From the IMG/VR virus record IMGVR_UViG_3300045995_000065, positions 8,237 through 72,236 of that record: a DNA stretch of 64,000 bases. One strand, given 5' to 3'. Below, piece by piece: positions 30,206 through 40,346 of the stretch (position 1 is its first letter; the number at the start of each line of letters is the position of its first letter). A program made the translations under genes and the position numbers. The notes beneath the pieces are model-generated. The model was not told the origin of the DNA, made no database searches, and worked only from the letters and a program-made list of their open reading frames with translations. The stretch is from a virus.

Positions 30206-30769
30206 TTACTTGTAAAAGATGTGGTGGCCAATTTGTGTAAGCTTTGGCTTACCCCAACCTGGGTTGATGTAGTCTGCGTGATAGAACATTGCTTCAGTCA
30301 GACCAGGCAGTCTAAATTCTTCCAACAATACTTTCTTTGCTACGGCTTCGCTTTCGGCGTAATCCGCCGTGTGAATTGGTTTGACGCGAGACTTAGTGTC
30401 GCATACCCAGCTAAACTGGCATATAACCTTTTCGTAAATTTTGTTCTTTTGGTAAATGACGCCGCATACGCCGTTACCGAACTTTCCAGACGCTACTCTG
30501 TTCATAGTCACTTGCGCGACTGCTACTTTACCTTCGAAGGGTTCATGGCCTGCTTCGTTGTAAATATTTTGCGAGAGGCAATCTAATTGCGCTTCACGCT
30601 CTGCTGCTGTTACTACTGCTGTACCCGAATTGATACCGCGTAGGCTGTCTAGTTTCAAATGTGTAACATGTGCCAAAATGTACATCACTAAAACGAATCC
30701 AAGCAATGCTAGTGCATTACGTGTGACCTTTGTCCAGTTGACCTGGATTGGGTTTTCCGTTGCTGTCAT
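30206..30769 (-). CDS. Cell wall hydrolase SleB/Hydrolase_2 with N-terminal TM
   Basis: CLSQNIYNEAGHEP..GKVAVAQVTMNRV...CQFSW...FYHADY..PGW...IGHHIFY. Confidence 0.92.
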   Translation of the reverse strand: MTATENPIQVNWTKVTRNALALLGFVLVMYILAHVTHLKLDSLRGINSGTAVVTAAEREAQLDCLSQNIYNEAGHEPFEGKVAVAQVTMNRVASGKFGNGVCGVIYQKNKIYEKVICQFSWVCDTKSRVKPIHTADYAESEAVAKKVLLEEFRLPGLTEAMFYHADYINPGWGKPKLTQIGHHIFYK

Positions 30770-30927
30770 TGTATATCTCCTTTTCGTGTGTAAAACGCCC
30801 TGAAAATTTCGAGGCGTACTTTATATAGCAGTATGAATCCTAAGATAAACACTGCTATAAGCTTATATAGTAGCATAAAACTACTAAATCGTGGAATGAA
30901 ACGGCTAGATTTGCCGTTTTGTGTTGT

Positions 30928-31236
30928 TTATCCGCAAATAACGTCCGGACTTCCGCCCGCTAACGCATCACCATCGCTGGTTGCGTCACCAATTCTGGCC
31001 AATGGTTGGCCATTTACGAACACGGTTGCAGAGCCTGCTGCTTGTGTGTTTAATCCGCTAGGTGGGTTGTCATCGTGGCCCGAATTGTCGACGTGAGTAG
31101 GCCAATGATCACCTACTCTAAGTGCAGGTGACCCATTGATGATGACATCTCCGCTACCTTCCACTGCACCTGGGCGTGGTGGAAAACTTGCATGTCCTGT
31201 GCTAGGATCTACTCCTGCTCTTCCTGCTGCTGGCAT
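30928..31236 (-). CDS. PAAR-repeat tail spike tip protein
   Basis: PAAGR, PALRVGD, PLARIGD repeats; GS..V.ING. Confidence 0.92.
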   Translation of the reverse strand: MPAAGRAGVDPSTGHASFPPRPGAVEGSGDVIINGSPALRVGDHWPTHVDNSGHDDNPPSGLNTQAAGSATVFVNGQPLARIGDATSDGDALAGGSPDVICG

Positions 31237-31730
31237 TAAAATATTCCTTTCGGTACTGCGGCTTGCAATGCGTCTTTGCCAGCCGTGTAATCGTTTGTCA
31301 CTGTCTGCGAGATTGTTCCAGCAAACACATTGCTTTGTGCGCCAGCGCCACTCTCAGATGTTGCATTGCCTGTTGTGTCGGCATAGACAAAATACTGTGC
31401 ATTTACAGACGAAGATTGCGATGCAGTGTAGTTGGTAAGTAGGAAAAACTTTTCAGGTAAGTCCTCAAACTTAGAGACAGTCTGCGCAACACGGTCAACG
31501 TCTAAGTAAGTAATAGATTTTGGAAATACGCTTGAGTATGCTCCATTAATGCTTATGCTACTACCGTTGATGGTAATGTTTGTACCTGTTGCATACTGCC
31601 CGCGAAAAACTCGCACAGATGTTACACTACCGTCAATCGATGCATTGGCAGTAACAGTCGCAGTAATGTTCACCCCTGAAACATATTCATTGAAGGGAAT
31701 AGAATTGCCGCTAACTGTTAGTCCTGGCAT
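31236..31730 (-). CDS. Beta-rich hypothetical protein, probably baseplate-associated
   Basis: S/T/N-rich beta pattern; coupled to PAAR. Confidence 0.5.
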   Translation of the reverse strand: MPGLTVSGNSIPFNEYVSGVNITATVTANASIDGSVTSVRVFRGQYATGTNITINGSSISINGAYSSVFPKSITYLDVDRVAQTVSKFEDLPEKFFLLTNYTASQSSSVNAQYFVYADTTGNATSESGAGAQSNVFAGTISQTVTNDYTAGKDALQAAVPKGIF

Positions 31731-32029
31731 TACGTCTTAATAAGTTGGATACCAGACGTGGTAGACAAGTAATGCTTTACCATTTCTTCCACTGCTGGTG
31801 CTGCCATCATTACGTGCGCTTTAGCGACAGTGATGATGTGGTCGTCCTTTGCAGTAAAGAGCGCAGGCATTAAGCCCATACCCTTTGCGCTTGGCACGAC
31901 TGTTTGCGGCTTCTTGACACGATAGTCAGACGCCGCATCCTCGATGATCTCTGTTACGATCTCATCACCGTTTACCATTTTGAAGACGACGATGTCGCCC
32001 TTGTCGAATTTTGAATTGTTGATTAGCAT
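31730..32029 (-). CDS. Sm-like/beta-barrel conserved phage protein
   Basis: GDIVVFKMVNGDEIV...Y...TSGI pattern. Confidence 0.5.
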   Translation of the reverse strand: MLINNSKFDKGDIVVFKMVNGDEIVTEIIEDAASDYRVKKPQTVVPSAKGMGLMPALFTAKDDHIITVAKAHVMMAAPAVEEMVKHYLSTTSGIQLIKT

Positions 32030-32038
32030 TTTGTTTCC

Positions 32039-32689
32039 TTATAACATTCTTGGATTAAGTTCTCGCATTCTACGAGTATTGAAAAATGAGCGTGTTTCAG
32101 CATATGATGCAGACTCAGAAATAACATATTGCCACTGTTGAAAATTAATATTGTCATCTTGGAAGTACTGAAGTAGCTCTTCCTCGGAAGTAATTTCAAT
32201 GAATGATTGCCCAGGCTCTTTATTATTGTACACTGAAATTTTGTGGCCCTGAGCCAATAATCGTTGCCATATTTTGATGCCATCGTCACTAAGTTGCCTG
32301 TCACTCATCAACCGAATAGAATTTACTGACCCTGCAATATTTTTCCTGTCAGCCAATACTGCATCGTACAAATCAGTGGCAAACGGTGGCCGACCTTTAT
32401 TAAATTTACCTACGGCATTCACTATTAATGCTTGCGGCCCTTTAGTAAATTCGATAGCTAACAGTATATTGCCATTTTTTTCATACCAATAGTATACAGT
32501 TTGAACACCTTCTATCTTCATCAGCCCATTACCTAAATTTACAGGAACAGACCCGTGCTTAATTCGATCTTTTATCCCGTATGCGACAGTATCAGCCAAT
32601 TCAAAAGATCCGATTCCCTCGGGCATTTCAGTTAGCCAAGTGGACTCAAAATCAGCTCTACTGTTTCTAACGACCTCAGTGATTTTCAT
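32039..32689 (-). CDS. GNAT-like protein with MKITEV leader
   Basis: ATDLYDA...LMSDRQLSDDGIKIWQRL; AT-rich. Confidence 0.5.
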   Translation of the reverse strand: MKITEVVRNSRADFESTWLTEMPEGIGSFELADTVAYGIKDRIKHGSVPVNLGNGLMKIEGVQTVYYWYEKNGNILLAIEFTKGPQALIVNAVGKFNKGRPPFATDLYDAVLADRKNIAGSVNSIRLMSDRQLSDDGIKIWQRLLAQGHKISVYNNKEPGQSFIEITSEEELLQYFQDDNINFQQWQYVISESASYAETRSFFNTRRMRELNPRML

Positions 32690-32928
32690 TAGTCTGCCAT
32701 TAGTTCGGCTTCGTTGAGAGAGCGTAGACCTTGAAATCCGCCCTTAACAAATAGCTTGCCGTCCTTGTAAATTTGCGGCACAGTACGATGCCCTTCGCTC
32801 ACGATAAACTCACGTGCTGATTGATCTTCGTCAATGCGAACTTCCGTGAATGGAATGTCTTTGCTCTTTAGTAGAGCTTTAGCTTGGTCGCAGTATGTGC
32901 ATTGTGCTTTAGAGTAAATTGTCAACAT
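32689..32928 (-). CDS. Glutaredoxin
   Basis: CTYC active site, TVPQI, GGF. Confidence 0.95.
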   Translation of the reverse strand: MLTIYSKAQCTYCDQAKALLKSKDIPFTEVRIDEDQSAREFIVSEGHRTVPQIYKDGKLFVKGGFQGLRSLNEAELMAD

Positions 32929-32939
32929 TGTTTTTCCTT

Positions 32940-34040
32940 TTATAAATCTGGCAGCTCGTCGTAATTGAGATCGGAACTCATCACGCCAAGCACGTAATTG
33001 GTGCTTTCGCTTTCTTGTAGCGCAGTTTGCTTCTTGTCAATTTGCGTATGCTTAGTAAACCATGGAATTGGTGTATTACGCGGTGCAGGTGCACGGTACT
33101 TAATGCCGATGATCTTCAATGCATCAGCCGCAGTGTAGTCAACGAAGTCCTTGAGAATGCCGGCATTAAGACCAATGACAGGGCCCTTCTTGAAGAGGTA
33201 ATCTGCCCATAGTTTTTCTTCGCGGATGACATCAGCGTACATCGCGTAAACTTCTTCTTCACATTCGGCCTTAATAGCTGCGAACCTTGGATCTTCCTTG
33301 ATAACAGTGTTAAGCAAGTACGCAGTCCAATCCTTATGATTCAATTCGTCTTGAAGAATAAGGGAGATAACGTTTCCGTTACCTATGAAGATCTTATTCT
33401 CAACCATTGCCAACGATGTGGCAAAGGAAACCATGAAGCGAAACGCTTCAAGGCCATAACTTGCGTGTAGTGCTAACCAAATCGCTTTGATGTGTTCAGT
33501 CTCACTGACCGGCAACCCGCATTCCTTTTTGCAGTTAAGCAGGTGCAGGTCGTCGTAATACTTACCAATAGTCGATGCCATGTCGATAATTTCTTGCGTG
33601 TCATGGATAGTATTAAACACATCCTTCGGCACCGAATAGATGTTTCGAATAATATGACTATATGACTTGCTATGAATGTTTGATTCAAAGAAGCCCCAGT
33701 TAAAGCATAGGACTTCCAGTTCAGGCAACGAGACAACTGGAGTAAAAACTTGTGCAGGGCCACGGCCCTGGATACTATCTAACGCTGTTTGGCGTAGTAG
33801 GTTACTTGTAAAGATGTGCTTGATGGATTCAGATGCTTCCTTAAAGTCATTAGCATCTTTAGTGAGACTAATTTCTTCTGGTTGCCAAAAGAAGCCACGA
33901 GCAGTTTCTTCATATTGCGCAATGCGAGGATATTTTACTTCCTCGAATCGCTGCACAGTAACAGGCCCTGCCGGGTCAAGAAACATCTTGCGCGACAGGT
34001 AATTTGTTTTGGTTTGTAAATTATACGATTGAATTGACAT
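32940..34040 (-). CDS. nrdB: Ribonucleotide reductase class Ia beta subunit
   Basis: FWQPEE, LDSIQGR, ESNIHS.SY, LEAFRF, DELNH. Confidence 0.97.
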   Translation of the reverse strand: MSIQSYNLQTKTNYLSRKMFLDPAGPVTVQRFEEVKYPRIAQYEETARGFFWQPEEISLTKDANDFKEASESIKHIFTSNLLRQTALDSIQGRGPAQVFTPVVSLPELEVLCFNWGFFESNIHSKSYSHIIRNIYSVPKDVFNTIHDTQEIIDMASTIGKYYDDLHLLNCKKECGLPVSETEHIKAIWLALHASYGLEAFRFMVSFATSLAMVENKIFIGNGNVISLILQDELNHKDWTAYLLNTVIKEDPRFAAIKAECEEEVYAMYADVIREEKLWADYLFKKGPVIGLNAGILKDFVDYTAADALKIIGIKYRAPAPRNTPIPWFTKHTQIDKKQTALQESESTNYVLGVMSSDLNYDELPDL

Positions 34041-34045
34041 AAATG

Positions 34046-34074
34046 ATTATACTTAAAGTTTGCAAGCTTCGCAA
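34046..34074 (-). promoter_or_regulatory. sigma70-type promoter 5 nt upstream of the nrdB ATG
   Basis: TTGCGA-17-TATAAT-CATTT-ATG. Confidence 0.65.
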
Positions 34075-36383
34075 TCTTCTTGATCGTCGAAGTCGATAGG
34101 TTCCAGCGCCGCTGGTGCATGTTCTGTATCTTCGCCCTTTGCACCTTTCTTGTTGATCAAGCTGTAGTAGAATGTCTTAATACCCCACTTGTGCGCTTGC
34201 ATCAAGTTCTTTGCAATCAATGTAGTTGGTACTTTACGGTTTGGGAAGTGAGCTGGATTGTAGAACGTATTTGTCGAAATACTTTGATCCATGTATGCAG
34301 CAATAACGGCTGCGGTCTTCAAGTAACCAGTGCAATCCTTTTGGTCCCACATCAATTGATAGTTCTTGCGTACTTTCAAATTTTGATATTCAGGCACAAC
34401 TTGCGTAAACGATCCTGCTTTGCTTTCCTTAACGGTAATCAGCGACATAGGCATTTCAATACCGTTTGTACTGTTGATTGCCACAGAGGAAGATTCAACT
34501 GGTGCTACTGCACCGTTAGTCGCATTGCGTACACCGTATTCCTTCATATTGCCACGTAGCGGTTCCCAATCAAGTTCAGGCGTGAAGTCTGTCAACTCGT
34601 TTGCACCCTCTGCACGTAGTTCCCAAGGGAATGTGCCTTGTCCGTAACGTGTTAAATGCGAGTGTTTGCAAGCACCGCGTTCCTTAGCAAGCTCAACGCT
34701 CATCTCAGTGAGATAAAACATCTGGTGCTCTGTCCAGCTCTTAACTTCTGCAAGTGCATCCTTCTCACCGTACTTAAGACCACGCTTGGCGTGCCAGTAT
34801 GCAAGGTTAGTAATACCAATGCCAAGCGGACGGATTTCGTCGTTGCTCAACTTGGATTGAATGCTTAGAAAATCCTGATAGTCAAGAATGTTATTAAGAG
34901 AGCGATGCAGAATACGGCAAGCCCTTCGCATATCTTCCGGATTCCTAAAGGCGCCCCAGTTGAGGCTGCCAAGAGTACAGAGCGCGATACGTCCCTCTTC
35001 GTCGTCAAGTCGCTTGAATGATTTAGTCGGTAATAAGATTTCACAGCACAAGTTACTCTGGTAGATTGTGTGTATCTCGGGATTGAATGGACCTTGATCC
35101 ATTACGTTATCTACGTACACAAGATAGATACGCCCAGTATCTGTACGCTCCTTCAGGATGCCGCCTTGGAATACTTCTTCAGCTGACATTGTCTTCTTGC
35201 GAAGTCCTGCCTGCTTTTCGTATTTAACATACAGCTCTTCAAATAAAGCTGTGTTAGAATAAAATGCTTGATAGAGATCAGGCACTTCATTAGGGTCAAA
35301 GAACGTTATGTTCTTTTTGTCTTTGAATCGTTTCCAGAAGAAGGCGTTGAGCACGACGCCGTAGTCCATTTGTCGGACACGAGTTTCTTCTGTGCCTTGA
35401 TTGTTCTTAATAACGATAAGGTCATCAAACTGGTGATGCCAAATAGGATAGAAAATTGTAGCAGATGCATTGCGGATACCTCCTTGTGAGCATGAACGTA
35501 AGTCCCTGTACCACTTGTGCAGGAACGGAAGCATACCAGTGTGCATGATCTCGCCGCCACGAATAGGAGAACCCAATGGGCGCAGACGACCAATCTCAAG
35601 ACCAATGCCAGCACGTTTGCTGGCATACTTTGCCATCATTTCACCCGATGCAAATATACTATCAAGATCATCGTCAGAGCGTATAAGAACACAAGAGCTA
35701 AACTGCTTGGTAGGAGTCCCCAGGCCAGCAAGTACAGGAGTAGCAAGGGTAAACAATCCGTCAGAAGCTGCATTATAGTATTCTTTAATATAACGTAGTC
35801 TTGCTGTGTTGGGCTCTTCTTTATGAAATACAGTAGCGGCCGCAACCATATAGCGAACTTGTGGTGTCTCATAGATTTCCTTTGTGGCACGATTGCGAAC
35901 AAGATATTTCTCAATTAGCTGTTCAATAGCAGCATAGCCATACAGCTCGTCTTTGGAGTGGTCGATGAACGTGTCCATCTTGTTCCAGTCCTCTTCAGTG
36001 TACCAGTCTAGTAGTTCACTTGTGTACAGACCTGTTGCTACATTCTTCTTAACAATGCTGTACAACGATGGCGGAACAAACGTACCATATACGTCTTTAC
36101 GCAACATAGACAAACGTTGCTTGCCTGCTGCATACTGATAGTTAGAATGACCAATACCAGGATTACTCTCTGTATCAATCAAGTCCACTAATGCACGTAA
36201 TGTTAAGTTGTCTACCTCTCTGGTAGTCATGCCGTCATAAAAATGAGGCGATGCTTTAATCTCAATCATAGACTGACTGATGTCAGCTACTCCCCTACAA
36301 ACCTTCTCCACTTGTGCTTGCCATTTAACAATGTCGAGCAATTCTTTCTTCCCACTTCTCTTAACGAGCTGTATTTGACTCAT
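34053..36383 (-). CDS. nrdA: Ribonucleotide reductase class Ia alpha subunit
   Basis: ATP-cone (VKRSG), FSSCVL, SNLCCEI, CTLG, TFYY, C-terminal CEAC; no intein or intron. Confidence 0.97.
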   Translation of the reverse strand: MSQIQLVKRSGKKELLDIVKWQAQVEKVCRGVADISQSMIEIKASPHFYDGMTTREVDNLTLRALVDLIDTESNPGIGHSNYQYAAGKQRLSMLRKDVYGTFVPPSLYSIVKKNVATGLYTSELLDWYTEEDWNKMDTFIDHSKDELYGYAAIEQLIEKYLVRNRATKEIYETPQVRYMVAAATVFHKEEPNTARLRYIKEYYNAASDGLFTLATPVLAGLGTPTKQFSSCVLIRSDDDLDSIFASGEMMAKYASKRAGIGLEIGRLRPLGSPIRGGEIMHTGMLPFLHKWYRDLRSCSQGGIRNASATIFYPIWHHQFDDLIVIKNNQGTEETRVRQMDYGVVLNAFFWKRFKDKKNITFFDPNEVPDLYQAFYSNTALFEELYVKYEKQAGLRKKTMSAEEVFQGGILKERTDTGRIYLVYVDNVMDQGPFNPEIHTIYQSNLCCEILLPTKSFKRLDDEEGRIALCTLGSLNWGAFRNPEDMRRACRILHRSLNNILDYQDFLSIQSKLSNDEIRPLGIGITNLAYWHAKRGLKYGEKDALAEVKSWTEHQMFYLTEMSVELAKERGACKHSHLTRYGQGTFPWELRAEGANELTDFTPELDWEPLRGNMKEYGVRNATNGAVAPVESSSVAINSTNGIEMPMSLITVKESKAGSFTQVVPEYQNLKVRKNYQLMWDQKDCTGYLKTAAVIAAYMDQSISTNTFYNPAHFPNRKVPTTLIAKNLMQAHKWGIKTFYYSLINKKGAKGEDTEHAPAALEPIDFDDQEDCEACKL

Positions 36384-36415
36384 CCTGACCTCTATGTAAA
36401 AATTCTTGTTGTATG

Positions 36416-36859
36416 TTAATAGTTATCTAACTTTAGATCTGCTTCTTGGAAACTTTGCTTCAGTTTCCAATCTTTGTCGATTAGTGTTTTATTTACGACC
36501 TCATCATCCTCTAAATTAAGCACATATTTCCCGTCGGCGATCCAGACTAAATTGTAGTCGTAATTTGTGGTTGGGTCGTGATAGATTCGAAATTCGACAA
36601 GGGGATTATGCTTGGTATACTTAATAGTATACAGCATTCCTAATGCTTTTGCAACATCGCAATACCAATTTTCAGTCAAAAGAGTCCATGGATCGGGCCA
36701 GGACTTTGGGTCGGCGGCATCTAAATAGTATGGAGAAAATGGGCAGTGAGTCCAAAGCTCGTTGGTAGCTTTGACTGCTTCATCTAAGGTTAATGTATCC
36801 AACTGTTTTCGAAAGGCACGCCAACGAACAAGACGCTCGTCAGCAGGTAATTTAAACAT
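36416..36859 (-). CDS. Conserved hypothetical protein (transglutaminase-like?)
   Basis: RL..WR.FR...WPDPW.L...YC..ALGM.YT. Confidence 0.55.
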   Translation of the reverse strand: MFKLPADERLVRWRAFRKQLDTLTLDEAVKATNELWTHCPFSPYYLDAADPKSWPDPWTLLTENWYCDVAKALGMLYTIKYTKHNPLVEFRIYHDPTTNYDYNLVWIADGKYVLNLEDDEVVNKTLIDKDWKLKQSFQEADLKLDNY

Positions 36860-36869
36860 AGTTTAAAAA

Positions 36870-38429
36870 TTAAATGTGGTTGATACTGAAACTAAGCACA
36901 CCAGTTACTGGTGTATTGCATGTTACTATGCCGCTATTTACTGATATAGCAAAGGTGTCAAACACGGCATCAGACGCAAATGTATCTTGGTATGATTCAG
37001 GAGTAAACACCACTGTACCAGTCCTGTAATTCGTACCATCAGTTACTTGATATGTCATTGCACCCGCTGTAATATTGTCAGCAGTAAACGTTGACAAACC
37101 TATAGGTAAGGTGTAGTAATCACCCATCCCGTATACTGCCTGTCCCAATCGAATCCCTGAATTTGACTCAATTTGGATATTACGCACTCTACTGAACGAT
37201 ACTTGCAAAATTGTGCCAGCCGCTCTGTCAAAAGAATCATTGATGCTGTAATTACCAGTACCACGGAATGTTATAAAAGGAACAACTGGTGACAGTGGTC
37301 CGTTTAAATTATTGCCACAGTTGTAAAAACTGTTTCCACTGCTAATGATACCAGAAACTCCAGCATAACAATCAATAGCAACGTTACCAATTCTCCTAAA
37401 TACAGAATTGGTAATCCTGAAATTAGTCGGCTTATTAGGATTACTTGTTTGTCCCAATCTGAACGCAGACCACATATTCTCAAATAAGCAGTTATTAAAC
37501 CGCACGTTTTTAGCATCAACGGCTGCAATAACGGCATACTTTAATTGCTTAAACTTACACGATTCAAAAGTGATGTTGTCAGGTGACACTTTAGACGAAG
37601 CAAAAGTAACTGCGCCGTTAGCCTCGGTTGGGAGTGGTGAATCAACAATGGACCCAATAAATTGCACTGCGGTAAAATGTAAATTGATGGCATTATCAAT
37701 ATACACTATATCTTTATTGCTACTGTGTGCCAATGAAAGCTGCTCGATACTAACATCAGTTGGCATTACTGCCCACGGAGTAGTTCCAATATTAGTTTGA
37801 TCATATACAAAGGCAGTGTCACTGAATCGAATCACACAATCAGTGTTACCTGGTACCATTGGGTTGTAAACGCTATTACCAATAATATGTGTGTTGTCAA
37901 TTCCATCACCTACAATACGGCACCATGGTGGGATAACCAATACACCATATGTATGCTCGGTACTTGGTGCGACACGATATGTTCCAGCTGGAAAATATAT
38001 TGTCCTACGTGCACGACTGTTATTTACTACTTCTGACGACTTATAAATTTCAGTCAACGCACGATAGATAGCATCAATATCGTTTGTCACTCCGTCACCT
38101 ACTGCACCAAAATCACGTACCGACACAAAATCATCAAACTTGTTCTGTAATGTACGAACAGTGGGTGCCGAAATCGTCGGCCCAGTCTGAGAAATAAATC
38201 CGCCCTCATGACCCTTAAACGTGTACCATTTAATAACATCAACTAAGTCAGTGTGTTGAGTTAAAATTTCAGTGACGCCTTGAATAGGTGCACCCTCGCC
38301 CAATAAACCGTTACCGATAAACAACCTGCGTTGGTCAATGCTCCAGCCTAACTCAGCTGATGCAAGTTGTGGTAAGTCTTGTTGTAAGCCTCTGCGCTGT
38401 TGAATGCGGCTAATTTGTAATACGGCCAT
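36870..38429 (-). CDS. Tail/baseplate protein with pectate-lyase-like beta-helix
   Basis: N-terminal IQQRRG..LPQLASAELGW..D.RRLFIGNG; VSVRDFGAVGDG; YFPAGTY; beta-helix repeats. Confidence 0.8.
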   Translation of the reverse strand: MAVLQISRIQQRRGLQQDLPQLASAELGWSIDQRRLFIGNGLLGEGAPIQGVTEILTQHTDLVDVIKWYTFKGHEGGFISQTGPTISAPTVRTLQNKFDDFVSVRDFGAVGDGVTNDIDAIYRALTEIYKSSEVVNNSRARRTIYFPAGTYRVAPSTEHTYGVLVIPPWCRIVGDGIDNTHIIGNSVYNPMVPGNTDCVIRFSDTAFVYDQTNIGTTPWAVMPTDVSIEQLSLAHSSNKDIVYIDNAINLHFTAVQFIGSIVDSPLPTEANGAVTFASSKVSPDNITFESCKFKQLKYAVIAAVDAKNVRFNNCLFENMWSAFRLGQTSNPNKPTNFRITNSVFRRIGNVAIDCYAGVSGIISSGNSFYNCGNNLNGPLSPVVPFITFRGTGNYSINDSFDRAAGTILQVSFSRVRNIQIESNSGIRLGQAVYGMGDYYTLPIGLSTFTADNITAGAMTYQVTDGTNYRTGTVVFTPESYQDTFASDAVFDTFAISVNSGIVTCNTPVTGVLSFSINHI

Positions 38430-38454
38430 GTCTAAAATCCTGTGTATCAGGTAT

Positions 38455-39135
38455 TTAGCTTAGTTTGTAATACTGTTCTACTCGTTTCAGCCATTCCTCA
38501 GTCCAATGATCAAACTCTGCACCCTCGATTACGAACTCTAAGTACTCGTAATCCTTAGTGCACATCAAAATAACACCAGTTTTGATGTCTGTTCCGTGCA
38601 TCTCGTTATGTGCTAGGGCGTATGCCGCAAGCTGTACGAAGTAGTCGTCAATCCATTCCTTCTTCTTGACCTTGTTAGACTGCTTAAAATCCATGATAGC
38701 TGGCTTGCCCTTCCAAGCGCCTACTAAGTCAGTTGTGCCTGCATACAGTCCAGAGAAGTAAAGCGGGACTTCTGTACCCCAGAACTCAGTGCAGTGCACC
38801 AGGCCATTCTCAATGATTTTAGCTGCCATGTCCCAGCTTTGCTTGGAATAGGGATTAGTACCTGGTAGCTTAACCGTCTCACAAAGCACATAATCTTCAA
38901 GCCATTTGTGCATTCTAGTGCCACGACCAGCTGCTTCTGTGGTGATTTCTTGCGCTTTTTGTGCCCCTACATTTTTCCGCCAGTTAGCTAGTGCGGCACG
39001 TGATTCTTCAGATTTAGTTTTGTCTAGGATGGTTGTAACAGATGGAACTTTTGAACCGTCTGGTAATACGTAGTGCCGTTTACCTTCGATTGTTTCTCTG
39101 TCACATGGGGTGTAGTTGAATTTTTTGATGAGCAT
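38455..39135 (-). CDS. PD-(D/E)xK exonuclease (Cas4/MGME1-like)
   Basis: PSVTTIL, RGTRMH, E..L...YAGTTD, DFK, QLAAY; promoter TTGCGA-17-TATACT at 39141-39169. Confidence 0.88.
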   Translation of the reverse strand: MLIKKFNYTPCDRETIEGKRHYVLPDGSKVPSVTTILDKTKSEESRAALANWRKNVGAQKAQEITTEAAGRGTRMHKWLEDYVLCETVKLPGTNPYSKQSWDMAAKIIENGLVHCTEFWGTEVPLYFSGLYAGTTDLVGAWKGKPAIMDFKQSNKVKKKEWIDDYFVQLAAYALAHNEMHGTDIKTGVILMCTKDYEYLEFVIEGAEFDHWTEEWLKRVEQYYKLS

Positions 39136-39202
39136 AGATTAGTATAGCACAGTCGTAGAAAAATCGCAATAGCTTGCACCATTGCGATTCTTCATTTATT
39201 GT

Positions 39203-39646
39203 TTAACCGCCAGCAGCTCTTGATGCCATTTGGTCAACTGTATTTTGGCTCTTAACTGCATCAGCGTCTGCACCAGGTGCTCCGCCCATGCTGTCAACTG
39301 AATCATCATCAGTAGTCAAATATACATACTTAACGCCGTTCTCGTCGTCCTTGATATCAGCGATAAGGTTCTTGATCGTTTCGTTGCTCTTGCGGGAATC
39401 TTCTAATGCCGCAGCATTGAACATTTCACCACCAGGTAAACGCTTGACTAGATTAACTAATGCGTCTGCACGTACACGTGGAACGGAATGTCCCTTAGCA
39501 CGATTGCGCAACTCTTCTAGTGCTGTAGCCAAAACCATGTCACCACGAGTTTCGGCTTCGTCCTCAATCATGTCGTCCATACCGTCGCCACCCATTTCGG
39601 ACCGACCGTCGAACTCATCTTCTTTGATAATTTCGGACCAACGCAT
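39203..39646 (-). CDS. Putative head-associated protein
   Basis: Start MRWSEIIKE; acidic; C-terminal TVDQMASRA. Confidence 0.55.
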   Translation of the reverse strand: MRWSEIIKEDEFDGRSEMGGDGMDDMIEDEAETRGDMVLATALEELRNRAKGHSVPRVRADALVNLVKRLPGGEMFNAAALEDSRKSNETIKNLIADIKDDENGVKYVYLTTDDDSVDSMGGAPGADADAVKSQNTVDQMASRAAGG

Positions 39647-39647
39647 G

Positions 39648-40346
39648 TTAGCGCATCTCGCGGCCAAGTTCAGCAGTACCGCCGCCAGCAGCGTCAGTAG
39701 CACCAAGGTCGTCGCCCATATCTAAGTCGGACGATACATCACCGCCCATACCAGGACCTAGGTCAGGAGCAGCGCCCATACCACCTTCCATGCCGCCCAT
39801 GTCCATTGGCTGGTCAACTTGCTCGCCAGCTAAACCACGTGCTGCGCTGTCTGCTGTTTCGCGACCAGCACCAAGAGTTTGTGTCAACTCTTGTAGCAAT
39901 GGGGAAACTGCGCTCTTGTAGCTTTCAGCTTGCTCTGTGCTTAGTTGGTCACGGATTGTGTCTAACAAAGCTGGTAGCTGTTCGTTTTGCATCTTGGATA
40001 CTTTTTCCAACATGTCTTGAATGGAGTCAACCATGTCTTTAGCTGCAAGGATAGCTTGCGACTTAGCCATTTCGGACTCAGCAATGAATTGCTCTTTGTT
40101 ATCACGCATCCAGCTGTGTAACGATTCACGAACCATGAACATTTCCATGTACTTAGGGTTTTGTTCAACGCTATGTGCGCCGTGTGTACGCTTAACACGA
40201 TCAAGACTTTCGCTAATAGCGCGAGCCATTGTGTAAGCCTTCTTCAAAGTAAGATTATTGTAATCTACTGCAAAACCAAAACGGCTTTCCATTACTTTGT
40301 TCATTTGCTTGGAGGTAGGCTTTGCGCCCATTTCAGATAATCTCAT
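39648..40346 (-). CDS. Putative prohead core/scaffold-like protein
   Basis: MRLSE leader; helical core; Gly/Met/Asp-rich tail ending LGREMR; TAAATA at 40374-40379. Confidence 0.5.
   Translation of the reverse strand: MRLSEMGAKPTSKQMNKVMESRFGFAVDYNNLTLKKAYTMARAISESLDRVKRTHGAHSVEQNPKYMEMFMVRESLHSWMRDNKEQFIAESEMAKSQAILAAKDMVDSIQDMLEKVSKMQNEQLPALLDTIRDQLSTEQAESYKSAVSPLLQELTQTLGAGRETADSAARGLAGEQVDQPMDMGGMEGGMGAAPDLGPGMGGDVSSDLDMGDDLGATDAAGGGTAELGREMR

Noticed and set aside
18000-31000. Many + strand ORFs in the track
   Set aside because: Antisense shadows of SD-led, tightly packed minus-strand genes
38455-39135. Cas4 as evidence of CRISPR-Cas
   Set aside because: Lacks the Fe-S Cys cluster; ordinary phage PD-(D/E)xK exonuclease
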